This document shows, piece by piece, positions 21,243 through 31,270 of a stretch of DNA of 32,000 nucleotides. The translations under genes and the position numbers were made by a program. This stretch comes from Mycobacterium leprae TN (GTDB taxonomy: Bacteria; Actinomycetota; Actinomycetes; Mycobacteriales; Mycobacteriaceae): contig NC_002677.1 of NCBI RefSeq assembly GCF_000195855.1, positions 1,800,001 to 1,832,000 of the forward strand, in the 5' to 3' direction. The first letter of the stretch is position 1. Each line of letters begins with the position of its first letter. The notes under the pieces were generated by a model. That model was not told the origin of the DNA. It searched no databases and worked only from the letters and a program-made list of their open reading frames with translations.

Positions 21243-21956
21243 ATGCGGGTGGTAGTGCTTAGCGGCGCGGGTATCTCCGCGGAAAGCGACGTGCCGACAT
21301 TCCGCGACGACAAGAATGGATTGTGGGCACGCTTCGATCCTTACCAGCTGTCCAGCACGCAAGGCTGGCAGCGCAACCCTGAGCGGGTCTGGGGGTGGTA
21401 CTTGTGGCGCCACTACCTGGTAGCCAACGTCAAACCCAACGATGGCCACCGCGCTATAGCCGCCTGGCAGGAGCAGATCGAGGTTAGCGTCATCACCCAA
21501 AATGTTGACGATTTGCACGAGCGCGCCGGCAGCACGCCGGTGCACCATCTGCACGGCAGCCTTTTCAAATTTCATTGTGCCCGCTGCAATGTGGCCTACA
21601 CCGGTGCACTTCCCGATATGCCCGAACCCGTACTAGAGGTGGACCCACCGGTCTGCTACTGCGGCGGTCTGATCCGGCCTGCCATCGTGTGGTTCGGTGA
21701 GCCATTACCCGATGAGCCGTGGCGACGCGCAGTGGAGGCGACCGAAACCACCGACGTCATGGTGGTGGTGGGGACATCCGCGATCGTCTACCCGGCGGCC
21801 GGGCTACCCGAGCTGGCACTGTCACGTGGTGCGGTTGTGATCGAAGTTAATCCCGAGCCCACACCGCTCACCAAGAACGCCACGATCAGCATTCGTGAGA
21901 CTGCAAGTCAGGCATTGCCAGGACTGCTGCAGCGGCTTCCCGCCCTGTTGAAGTAG
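21243..21956 (+). CDS. cobB: NAD-dependent protein deacylase, Sir2/CobB family (Rv1151c-like)
   Basis: From ATG 21243 the product is 237 aa: [42 protein letters not shown]. It has the sirtuin GAGISAESG[IV]PTFR motif, [11 protein letters not shown] and a Zn-ribbon with two cysteine pairs (C-x2-C and C-x-C). The ORF-track start at 21045 is an unsupported extension into the GntR pseudogene. Confidence 0.92.
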   Translation: MRVVVLSGAGISAESDVPTFRDDKNGLWARFDPYQLSSTQGWQRNPERVWGWYLWRHYLVANVKPNDGHRAIAAWQEQIEVSVITQNVDDLHERAGSTPVHHLHGSLFKFHCARCNVAYTGALPDMPEPVLEVDPPVCYCGGLIRPAIVWFGEPLPDEPWRRAVEATETTDVMVVVGTSAIVYPAAGLPELALSRGAVVIEVNPEPTPLTKNATISIRETASQALPGLLQRLPALLK

Positions 21957-21975
21957 GCGTAGCGCTCTCTCGGGG

Positions 21976-22027
21976 TTGAATTGTACTTTGTGTGCATGTT
22001 CTGTTGTGGGGGTGGAGTAAAGGGTGG
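21976..22027. repeat. Left terminal inverted repeat (52 bp)
   Basis: ttgaattgtactttgtgtgcatgttctgttgtgggggtggagtaaagggtgg. This is the exact reverse complement of 22859-22910. Confidence 0.97.
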
Positions 22028-22858
22028 CGGTGTGTTGCAGTGTTGTGAGTTGATGTGATCGATCGTTAACCGTTCGTTTGGGTTGGGTGGGGGTGGGGAT
22101 CGTGCGTGAGATCACCAGCAAGGGTGGGGCCCGCGTGTTTGCGGGTTGCTTTGGGGGTTGCACTGATTCGACACCAACTATGCTGGCTAAGACGCTCAAT
22201 CGGGTTACTGAGCTTGTATTGCTTAGCTATGCAGTGAGCAGTGGGCCCAGTGGCTTTAAAGGCCGGCAAGGTGAGCGTTGTGGGCAGCTGCGTACGGAGA
22301 TAGACATGTGTGCTGGCCAAGAAGTACAGTCCCGAACAAATTGTGGGGGTGTTGGCCCAAAACCTATCCCGACCGGCCCGAAAGATGCAGGTGTCCTATA
22401 AAACACTTCAACATCGAGTCCAAGCTCAACCAACATGTGCGCACTGGGTGGATGTTCCGCACGCTGAGGGCACAGCACGCTAAAACCGGGCACCACCATT
22501 ATTCTCTAGGTATGGCCACCACCAGTGCACGTCCCGCGAAAACTACACGACCGTGTGGTGCTCTAACCTCATAGCATTGGGCGGATGATGTAATCATCGG
22601 CAAAAATTAGACCCCCAAATCGGCGCCCTGGCCGAACACAAGTAGCGGATTCGTGCAGCTGCTACACCTATCCAAGGACCACAGCACTGATGTGATCACT
22701 GCGGCCATGATCAACCACAAGACAACGCCCTACCACAGAATCGCTGTACAACCCCAGCGTGAGACCAAGACCTCGAAACGACTCTCATACCCGCATCACC
22801 ACGGCATCGATACCGACCTTTGCGACCTGACGCACCGACCCGCCAATACACTGACCCA

Positions 22859-22910
22859 CCACCCTTTACTCCACCCCCACAACAGAACATGCACACAAAG
22901 TACAATTCAA
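22859..22910. repeat. Right terminal inverted repeat (52 bp)
   Basis: ccaccctttactccacccccacaacagaacatgcacacaaagtacaattcaa. This is the exact reverse complement of 21976-22027. Confidence 0.97.
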
Positions 22911-22930
22911 TAGTGCGCGCCCAGATAACC

Positions 22931-24607
22931 TCAAACCTCGATCACCGTCGGCACGATCATCGGCTGCCGACGGTAGGTTTCACCTACCCATTTGCCAATG
23001 GCGCGGCGCACGGCCTGGGCGATCTTGCTCGGGTCGGTCACGTTCTCGGCGAGCAGCGACTCCAGCTCTGCCTCGACCTTGCGAACTGCAGGCTCAAGCG
23101 CTTTGGGGTCTTCGGAAAATCCTCGTGAATACAGTTGCGGCACAGTAACTGGACGCCCAGTGCTGCGCTTCACCACCACCGTGACCGCGACAAAACCCGA
23201 CGACAAGATAAGCCGCTCACCCAGGATAACATCGCCGACATCGCCGGTAATCAGCCCATCGACAAACATCTTGCCGACCGGCACCGCTCCGGAGACCGAC
23301 GCCTTACCAGCAACCAGGTCGACACTGACGCCGTTCTCGGCGATCAAGATTGAATCCTCCGGCACCCCGGTGCTGGCAGCCAGCTTAGCGTTAGCGCGAA
23401 GCATCCGCCAAGTACCGTGCACCGGCATAACCTGACGCGGCCGCACGCCGTTGTACAAGAACAGCAGCTCACCAGCGTAGGCGTGGCCCGAAACATGGAC
23501 CCGGGCTTGGGCATTGGTGACAACTCGAGCTCCAATCTTGGCGAGCGCGTCGATGACACCGTAGACCGCCTCCTCGTTGCCAGGGATCAGCGATGATGAC
23601 AACACGACGAGGTCACCCGAGGTCAGCGTGATGCTCTGATGCTCGCCGCGTGACATCCGCGACAACGCCGACATCGGCTCACCTTGGGTGCCAGTGGTAA
23701 TCAACACTACCTGTTCTGGTGCCATCATCTCGGCAGCGGCGATGTCAATCATATGGGAATCGTCTACTCGTAGAAATCCGAGGTCACGCGCGATGCTCAT
23801 ATTGCGGACCATCGACCGTCCGACGAACGACACCCGCCGGCCCAATGCCACTGCAGCATCTATAACCTGCTGCACCCGGTCCACATTGGAAGCAAAACAC
23901 GCCACGATGACACGGCCATCAGCCCCCTGAATCAGCCTATGCAGTGTCGGACCCACCTCGCTTTCACTAGGCCCGACGCCGGGTATCTCGGCATTGGTTG
24001 AGTCGCACAGGAAAAGGTCTACACCAGCGTCACCCAGCCGGGACATGCCTGGCAAGTCGGTAGGGCGGCCGTCGAGCGGCAATTGATCGAGCTTGATGTC
24101 TCCGGTGTGCAATACCGTTCCCGCGCCCGTGTAGACCGCGATAGTAAGTGCGTCCGGTATGGAATGGTTGACGGCGAAATACTCGCACTCGAACACACCG
24201 TGCCGAGAGCTCTGCCCCCCGACGACTTCGACAAACACCGGTTTGATGCGGTGTTCACGGCATTTCGCGGCGACCAAGGCCAAGGTGAACTTCGAGCCGA
24301 CTACCGGGATATCAGACCGCAACTTGAGCAAGAACGGGATTGCGCCGATGTGATCCTCGTGCGCGTGTGTCAACACGAGCGCCTCGATATCGTCGAGCCG
24401 GTCTTCGATATGGCGCAGGTCCGGCAGGATCAGGTCGACACCGGGCTCGTCGTGGCCGGGGAACAGCACGCCGCAGTCGATGATCAGCAACCGGCCCAGA
24501 TGCTCGAAAATCGTCATATTGCGGCCGATTTCGCTGATGCCTCCCAACGCTGTAACCCTCAACCCACCTGAGGCCAGCGGACCTGGCGGGGCCAGGGCTA
24601 CATCCAC
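22931..24607 (-). CDS. rnj: Ribonuclease J (metallo-beta-lactamase / beta-CASP family, Rv2752c-like)
   Basis: 558-aa intact ORF, the same length I recall for Mtb RNase J. A GTG start is preceded by aaaggtgg. It carries the HxHxDH motif (LTHAHEDHIGAIPFL) and a beta-CASP region. It lies 19 nt downstream of dapA, in an operon-like arrangement. Confidence 0.93.
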   Translation of the reverse strand: MDVALAPPGPLASGGLRVTALGGISEIGRNMTIFEHLGRLLIIDCGVLFPGHDEPGVDLILPDLRHIEDRLDDIEALVLTHAHEDHIGAIPFLLKLRSDIPVVGSKFTLALVAAKCREHRIKPVFVEVVGGQSSRHGVFECEYFAVNHSIPDALTIAVYTGAGTVLHTGDIKLDQLPLDGRPTDLPGMSRLGDAGVDLFLCDSTNAEIPGVGPSESEVGPTLHRLIQGADGRVIVACFASNVDRVQQVIDAAVALGRRVSFVGRSMVRNMSIARDLGFLRVDDSHMIDIAAAEMMAPEQVVLITTGTQGEPMSALSRMSRGEHQSITLTSGDLVVLSSSLIPGNEEAVYGVIDALAKIGARVVTNAQARVHVSGHAYAGELLFLYNGVRPRQVMPVHGTWRMLRANAKLAASTGVPEDSILIAENGVSVDLVAGKASVSGAVPVGKMFVDGLITGDVGDVILGERLILSSGFVAVTVVVKRSTGRPVTVPQLYSRGFSEDPKALEPAVRKVEAELESLLAENVTDPSKIAQAVRRAIGKWVGETYRRQPMIVPTVIEV

Positions 24608-24626
24608 TTGTTAGCCACCTTTTAGT

Positions 24627-25538
<912 letters not shown>

Positions 25539-25644
25539 TTACCTGGCGATGCCAAGCTTTCAGCAACCGCGCAAGGGCGCGTGTTTGTCCAGCAACACGC
25601 CGCCTGAGTTGTACCTCCACGGACGCTGGCGACGGCCCTAGGAA

Positions 25645-26409
25645 TCAAGCTTCGGTGGCTAAAGGACTAGTTGCGACCTCAGTACCATCAGCAAGTGCGG
25701 TGATCTCGAAATCAGCGAATACTGCGGGCGCAACGTCGACGAGCCGGCGCAGGCAGACAATGGCCAGCCGCCGGATTTCGACGTCGGCGTGCTCGCTGGC
25801 CCGCATGGCGATGAAGTGCCGCCATGCCCGGTAGTTCCCGGTCACAACGATCCGGGTCTCGTTGGCGTTGGGCAGCACCGCGTGGGCAGCTTGGCGAGCT
25901 TGCTTGCGCCGCAACACCGCCCTATTCCCGCCGAGCTCACCGGCCATTAACTTGGCGTTCAGCTTGACCAGCAGTTCAGTGTAGGTGGCCCGGCTGGCCT
26001 CTACGGCCGCAATCAGAATCTGTTGAAGTTCGTCGTCATCCTCCATGTCCGGTGGCACAACGACCTGGGCATCCTTTTCCGGCACGTAGCGCTGCGACAG
26101 CTGAGAGTAGGAGAAATGCCGATGTCGGATCAGCTCGTGAGTGCATGATCGCGAGATGCCGCTGATATAGAACGAAACGCTGGCATGCTCGAGCACCGCA
26201 ACATGCCCGACGTCAATGATGTGTTTAATGTACGCGGCGTTGGTCGCGGTCCGGGGATTGGGCTTCGACCAGCTCTGATAACAGGCGCGACCGGCGAATT
26301 CGACCAGCGCGGAACCACCGTCGGCGTCGGTAGTCCACGACACGTCAGGAGGCGCCAGAAACTCAGTCTTGGCAATTAGTTGCACGCGTAGCGGCGCGAT
26401 CTGGGCCAC
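25645..26409 (-). CDS. thyX: Flavin-dependent thymidylate synthase ThyX
   Basis: ThyX motif [14 protein letters not shown] is present and the sequence is colinear with remembered Mtb ThyX ([26 protein letters not shown]). I place the start at GTG 26409 because aaggtgag lies 5-8 nt upstream. GTG 26418 and the ORF-track TTG 26469 are alternatives. Confidence 0.92.
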   Translation of the reverse strand: MAQIAPLRVQLIAKTEFLAPPDVSWTTDADGGSALVEFAGRACYQSWSKPNPRTATNAAYIKHIIDVGHVAVLEHASVSFYISGISRSCTHELIRHRHFSYSQLSQRYVPEKDAQVVVPPDMEDDDELQQILIAAVEASRATYTELLVKLNAKLMAGELGGNRAVLRRKQARQAAHAVLPNANETRIVVTGNYRAWRHFIAMRASEHADVEIRRLAIVCLRRLVDVAPAVFADFEITALADGTEVATSPLATEA

Positions 26410-26494
26410 AGCACTCACCTTAGCCAGGGGCGATGCACGCTGTAGAGCGACACGAGAAACGCCCGGCAATCAGGCCGGGTCCGGGCCAAGTTCT

Positions 26495-27850
26495 CTACGG
26501 AACTTGCGTAGCAGCAGCGCTGCGGTAGCTACAAAGCCTGTGCTGCCCCCGATCCATACCCTGGGGGTACACCGCCCGCCGAAAAACCAACAATAGCGTC
26601 ATCGGTAATCCGATCACCCAATATCTGATCGTGGATGCTCGTACTCCCGTCCAAGTGATCCCGATCCCCCAGAGCAACCCGACAGCAACGTTTTGCATGA
26701 ATACCACCCTTGGCTAGGCTATGGGCAAAGAATAGGAAAACTTGGACAGCAACATCATGGCCTAGGCTGCAACAGGATCGAGAAATGGCCGCAGCATCCA
26801 GATTGGTGTTGTCAAGTAAAGCATTCCGATTGTGACCGTGGTGATCGCACCAAAAACCAACACAACTGCAGCAACCTGGTGGACCCGCTCTCGGTTGCCT
26901 TGGCCAAGAACACGGCTGATCGGAATTGACGATGCCTGAGACAAACCGATGCTGATTTGGAAGACGATGCGTGTAAAATTAAGTAACCAAATTAAACGCG
27001 GCCAGCATAACGAGGCCTGAGACCCTCATCACCACAGTTAGGGAGGTGAAACCGGGTCTGAGCTGTAAGTCAACGAGATAGGGAGCCGAGAAGTAAAATC
27101 TTACGAGCCGTTGCAATGTGGGCATTCCAGCCATCTACCGCTAGTAACGAGGCAAGTTGATCGTCCCGAGGCAGCAAAGTGTAATACACACCAACCGTGA
27201 AAACCTGCACAAGCGTTGTGGCCAAAACGATTCCCACCAAACCGATCTTCGGAAAGCTAGTAACTCCGCGAATGAACGCAATGTCTAGTTCCACGTTGGC
27301 TGCGACTACAACGACGCTGAACACTAACGACGCCCCGGGGCTGCGCATGCCAACTGGGAACTGACGCAATACATGCAATACATTGAGCCACACCCTCGAT
27401 ACCAGCCCGGGATCCATCGCGATCATAATTAACCTTGCCAGCGCCAGCGCGTTCCTAATCCACGCTGAGGAGTGGCAAGAGGTAGCCGAGTGCGATGAGC
27501 GCTGCTCCCCTAGCAGCACAGCAGTAGCGGCCTCCACCAAGCCAGACCACCGCCAGCAATAGCTGGCACGCTGATCAGCCCATCATGGCCAACTCAGTGG
27601 TGATCAACGCCGCTTGGGAGAACTGGACTGTAGCAGATCAATACCGCCAACGTGGTAATTTGCCGACCGGCGCACACCATGTCAACAGGACGCGCGCTGC
27701 CAATTTTATCCGGTGGAGCATCACGCATAGTTGATAGCAGTTTTCATCAAGTTGCCCGTGCAATTTACTTGATTACCGTGATTCATCACAATTTTGGAAG
27801 AAATTCTGAGTCCATGGAACTCTGATTCGTGCTTATCCATCCGATAGCAA
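26495..27850 (-). pseudogene. MATE/MOP-superfamily efflux transporter pseudogene
   Basis: Hydrophobic fragments lie in several frames with MATE-like signatures:
- RVLGQGNRERVHQVAAVVLVFGAITTV (compare vGq.lGa.. e.A)
- FMQNVAVGLLWGIGITWTGVRASTIRYWVIGLPMTLLLVF (compare g.LrG.GdT..p....i..W.i.lPl)
- FPKIGLVGIVLATTLVQVFTVGVYYTLL
The 5' limit is approximate. Mtb has no counterpart at this position, as far as I recall. Confidence 0.5.
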
Positions 27851-28883
27851 GCCGTATTCGGGTACGGTTAGCAAGTCGCCATGGCGTAGTTCCCGTGGCA
27901 GCACAACTTGCGCCAGGTCAACACGTCGTACTCTAGGCAGCTGGCTCCGCACACACAGCTACAAACCGGACCTGCCAACTGACCGTCGCCGATCTCTTTT
28001 GCCGACCACAAGATCGGATCGGTCAGGAACTCGCTAAATTTCCACTACTCCGACAAGATCATGCTCAACCCGCGAACGATGATGATCCTGTAATCGCTGC
28101 TTCGCTTGACGCCCTCGATGAGGAAAACTGTGACCCCTGAGCGATCAAGTAATACAATATCCGCCCCGATTCCATGAGCAGCTTGGTACCTGTTTTGATG
28201 AACTTCTCTCCTGACCGTTGCTGAAAAGCAACCAGTTTAGCCGCACAAATCGGGGCCAACATGCCCGTACCGGTCGGCGCCCGACGGTAGGGATACCACC
28301 TGAGCTAACTACTTTCCTGCATGAAATCCGACTCGTTACTGTTAGACAAGAAACGCGCCCATGTCTCCGACTCGAAAGAGTTGACCGCAAACCCACCTCC
28401 GATGGAGATGGAGTTCGCTGCTAGCCCATGCACGCATCGACCAGACGGTCAAGCAAATGGTTGGCCAGCTGTGAGCGCGGCTGAACCTCGCATCCGCTGA
28501 GAAAAAAGAGAATCCCTATTTCTATCTATACTCGATGCCGGTGTGCAGCACATCGACTTAAGGCGATACCCATCTCATCGTGATCAAAGCCAAATCTGCT
28601 GTCGGGATTTGCCTATGGGAGCACGTGCCAGCAGGATGTGCCCACGTTCGCGGTATGGCACCAGTGTGAGCATCCAGTAAAGCTCATCCAAGGCGTCGAT
28701 TGCGATGAGACAATCATAGCTAGCGGCCAGCCATAGCAGTCGTTCACTTTTGGCCGACCCGGTAACCACAAAGTCGGTTCCGAGCACACGACAGGAAAGT
28801 GCACCTCGACGCTGGTAACGTCGACCCCCACCTCCGCCTTTGGCGCCTAGCCAGCCGAGGCACAAACGACTTCTTAAACCGCG

Positions 28884-29955
28884 TCACTGGCTATCGTCCG
28901 ATCCTGGACCCAGACCGGTCCGAACAGCATGAAAGGGAGCAGTCATCACGTAAGGTTGCCAGCTGAATAGACTCAGTACGTCGCTCATAACACAGTGCGC
29001 CTAAGTACACGAGCATCCGCGACTGTTCGGGAGCCAAACGGCGCACATATCGCACCAAACTTGAGGAGTTCCTGCGGTTGAATACGTTTGGTGACTTCCT
29101 GCGGTACCCGCGGTGTGCTGTCGCAAGGTTCGCACGACATCAGATTGCCGTATCGCTGACCACAGCATCAACGTATCGACGCCAGTTGGCCCTAGCACCA
29201 AGAAATTCGACACTCAACTAATACCATGTACGACATCAGAGTCACCACATTTCAGATTAGCGGAATTCTCGAATTCAGCTTCGCAAACAACACGCACGGC
29301 TCCAACAAGACGAACTTGCCGATCGTAACAGCTACGGTGGCGACTATTTTCGGTTTCACACCGTCGTCAAATTCCGGAAAGCTGAAATGGGCAACCACAT
29401 AGTCGAATCCGCCCACGTTGAGAAACACCGTCGACCGACTTTCCGAGTCAGACAACGGCACGTACTAAGAGACCGACTCGACAGTAGTAAGCATTAAGAT
29501 CTCGGCAGAAACAATAACGCCTTGGTTACCGGAAATTTTGTCATCGAGAACGCCGAGCAGCTCCGAAAAATTTTTCCGTTGCGACGTTGCGATCGCATTG
29601 ATTGACAAGTCGCACAGAATCCGCTAGTTGAGCAGTGATTGGCCGGATTCTTCCCGGCGTTCATTGAGTCGGCAAGTCCGCAACACGTAGTACCAGTATC
29701 GCATCTCTATGGCTATCATCTGCCCAGCAAATCAGTGCGTCATCGGTAACCCAGAAATCGGATTCGCAGTAGTGCAAGCTAACGCAATATGACCCAATAC
29801 GACCCACGACTATGAGCAGGACACGGGCATTGCACTGCGCAGAATAGCCTATAACCGCGTTGATGCCATAAACTGGATAACGATCACCTGACTTGCGCGC
29901 CAGCGAAGTATACCCCTTGTTGAAGTCGCGGTAATCACCCAGTCTGACCTTTCAC
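28884..29955 (-). pseudogene. hsdS: Type I restriction-modification specificity subunit HsdS pseudogene
   Basis: TRD1 is readable for about 95 codons (VRLGDYRDFNKGYTSLARKSGDRYPVYGINAVIGYSAQCNARVLLIVVGRIGSYCVSLHYCESDFWVTDDALI). The central conserved spacer is LLGVLDDKISGNQ. The second TRD and the C-terminal ..LAPEQSRML.. (compare lPPl.EQ.rI) lie in other frames with stops. Confidence 0.7.
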
Positions 29956-29969
29956 CGCAGGCGCTCTAC

Positions 29970-31155
29970 CTACTCGCGCAACATCCATTCCAACCGCGCT
30001 AATTCGTCACGCTCCGCCATCAGATCCTCTGCCAACCGTGCGACTTTCTCGACGACTGGCTCACCCGTCATTTTAAGTCACCAGAGTTCCCAAATACCGT
30101 ACCGTCGTAATAGGCGTACCTTGAGGCTCTAATGTCATCCAACGACACGGATCTATAGAATCATAGGAAAACACTGTTAGATAAGGTCTTTCGCGGACGC
30201 TGATCTCGGCTCTCACCATACGTGGTAAGTACCGTCAATACGGGCAACTTCATCGTCTGTCAATGCACGTTCAGCGAGATCCAACAGATAGCCGAGCCCG
30301 CACGCGTCGATAAACAGCACCTGCCCGGATCTATCCAAGCCATACGTTTTGTCCATCGCGAAAACCACAGGAAAACCGGAATCCCGGTGCCGAGAAACAG
30401 CTATGCGGGCTTGCTTGATCATTGATAAACATGTTCGCCCTACCGCACGCCATCGTTATTGTCGAGGTTCATCTGTGCTATCCGCCAGGTCTGCTCGGCG
30501 CTTTCCCGCCCGTAGATAGCAACATCCGTCGGACTGCCGCCGTGATCACAGATGAACCTCTCGGTCTGCACTAGCACGTCGCCCAAGCCACAGCACAGGT
30601 CATACACCCGACCGCTGGATGGTTCGAGAATCTTGACAATTACCGTCACAACACTGGATGGAACGAAGAATTCGCCGCTACGCCATCCTTACTGTGTGAG
30701 CTAATTTCCCAAAAAGTTACTTGTCCATCTCCCCCATCAGGCCACGCGCGACACCTGCCATGCAGGCTGAACCGTACACTGCCAAGCAACTCGACCAACT
30801 CACCCAGCCCAGGCTGGTCAACGGTCGTATATATCTGCGAAAAAGTACCAACCAGCTCCGGATTAGCCGTCACTATAGCGTCCATTGCCTCATCGATGAG
30901 CTGGCCGATGTTCTTGTCTTTTGTGTTGTACGCCAAAAATTTCCAGTGCTCGGATGACGGCACAGCAAACACGTCTTCGGCTCGTTCGTCATCAGCGAAA
31001 GAAATGTATTTGAAAAATACCAAAATAAGGATTACACACTTGTATTAGTTGGCAGGTAGCGACACACGCAACTTGTCCACGGCCTTCCAAAGCGCGTCAT
31101 TGATTTCTTGTACCGTCGACGGTGCCTCCGGATCGTGTTTCTTGCCTGGAGCCAT
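29970..31155 (-). pseudogene. hsdM: Type I restriction-modification DNA methyltransferase HsdM pseudogene
   Basis: - ATG 31155 with gaaaggaa upstream gives MAPGKKHDPEAPSTVQEINDALWKAVDKLRVSLPAN.
- A TAA stop follows at 31045-31047, then YKCVILILVFFKYISFADDE (compare aD.LRG....eYK.vvLgLiFLKYiSD).
- The AdoMet motif is degraded (GRVYDLCCGLGD versus DPcCGSGG).
- No NPPF motif is present.
- The C-terminus has VLFIDACGLG...IDGTYHVW and a coiled tail ending at 29970.
- The remnant is about 395 codons, against about 540 recalled for Mtb HsdM. Confidence 0.85.
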
Positions 31156-31270
31156 CCAGCGAGTTCCTTTCTATCTTGCTTCGCAGATTAGTTGCATTCA
31201 ATTGCGCGTAACTTGCCAGCCAAATCGCTCCGTCGGGACACAGTGACACCATCCCAGCTAGGACGCCCAT

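Larger units (their letters stand above)
21976..22910. repeat. 935-bp non-coding element bounded by perfect 52-bp terminal inverted repeats. It is MITE-like and probably belongs to one of the M. leprae dispersed-repeat families; which family is not verified.
   Basis: The termini are exact reverse complements (see the TIR features). The interior holds only short ORFs (107 aa or less) with no transposase motif I recognise. It sits between the convergent stops of cobB (21956) and rnj (22931). Confidence 0.8.

Noticed and set aside
21976-22910. Assigning the element specifically to RLEP
   Set aside because: I could not find the RLEP PCR or qPCR primer sequences as I remember them anywhere in the element. 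Family assignment therefore stays open, and this judgement is memory-based only.
22078-22913. ORFs inside the TIR element (107, 98, 90, 86 and 84 aa) considered as a possible transposase or remnant
   Set aside because: They have no DDE, HTH or other transposase-like motif that I can recognise. The compositions are skewed (G/W/V-rich or H/P/T-rich) as expected from translating G/T-rich and C/A-rich arms. The ORFs in the two arms mirror each other because of the inverted repeat.
26410-26469. Upstream TTG-initiated extension of thyX (274 aa)
   Set aside because: It has no counterpart in remembered ThyX N-termini. A GTG with a good aaggtgag Shine-Dalgarno sequence lies at 26409.
29571-29582. A5T5 palindrome gaaaaatttttc and the adjacent tgcgatcgca palindrome in the hsdS pseudogene
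   Set aside because: These are short palindromes of the size expected by chance in decaying A/T-enriched sequence. They lie within the conserved-spacer coding remnant of hsdS.
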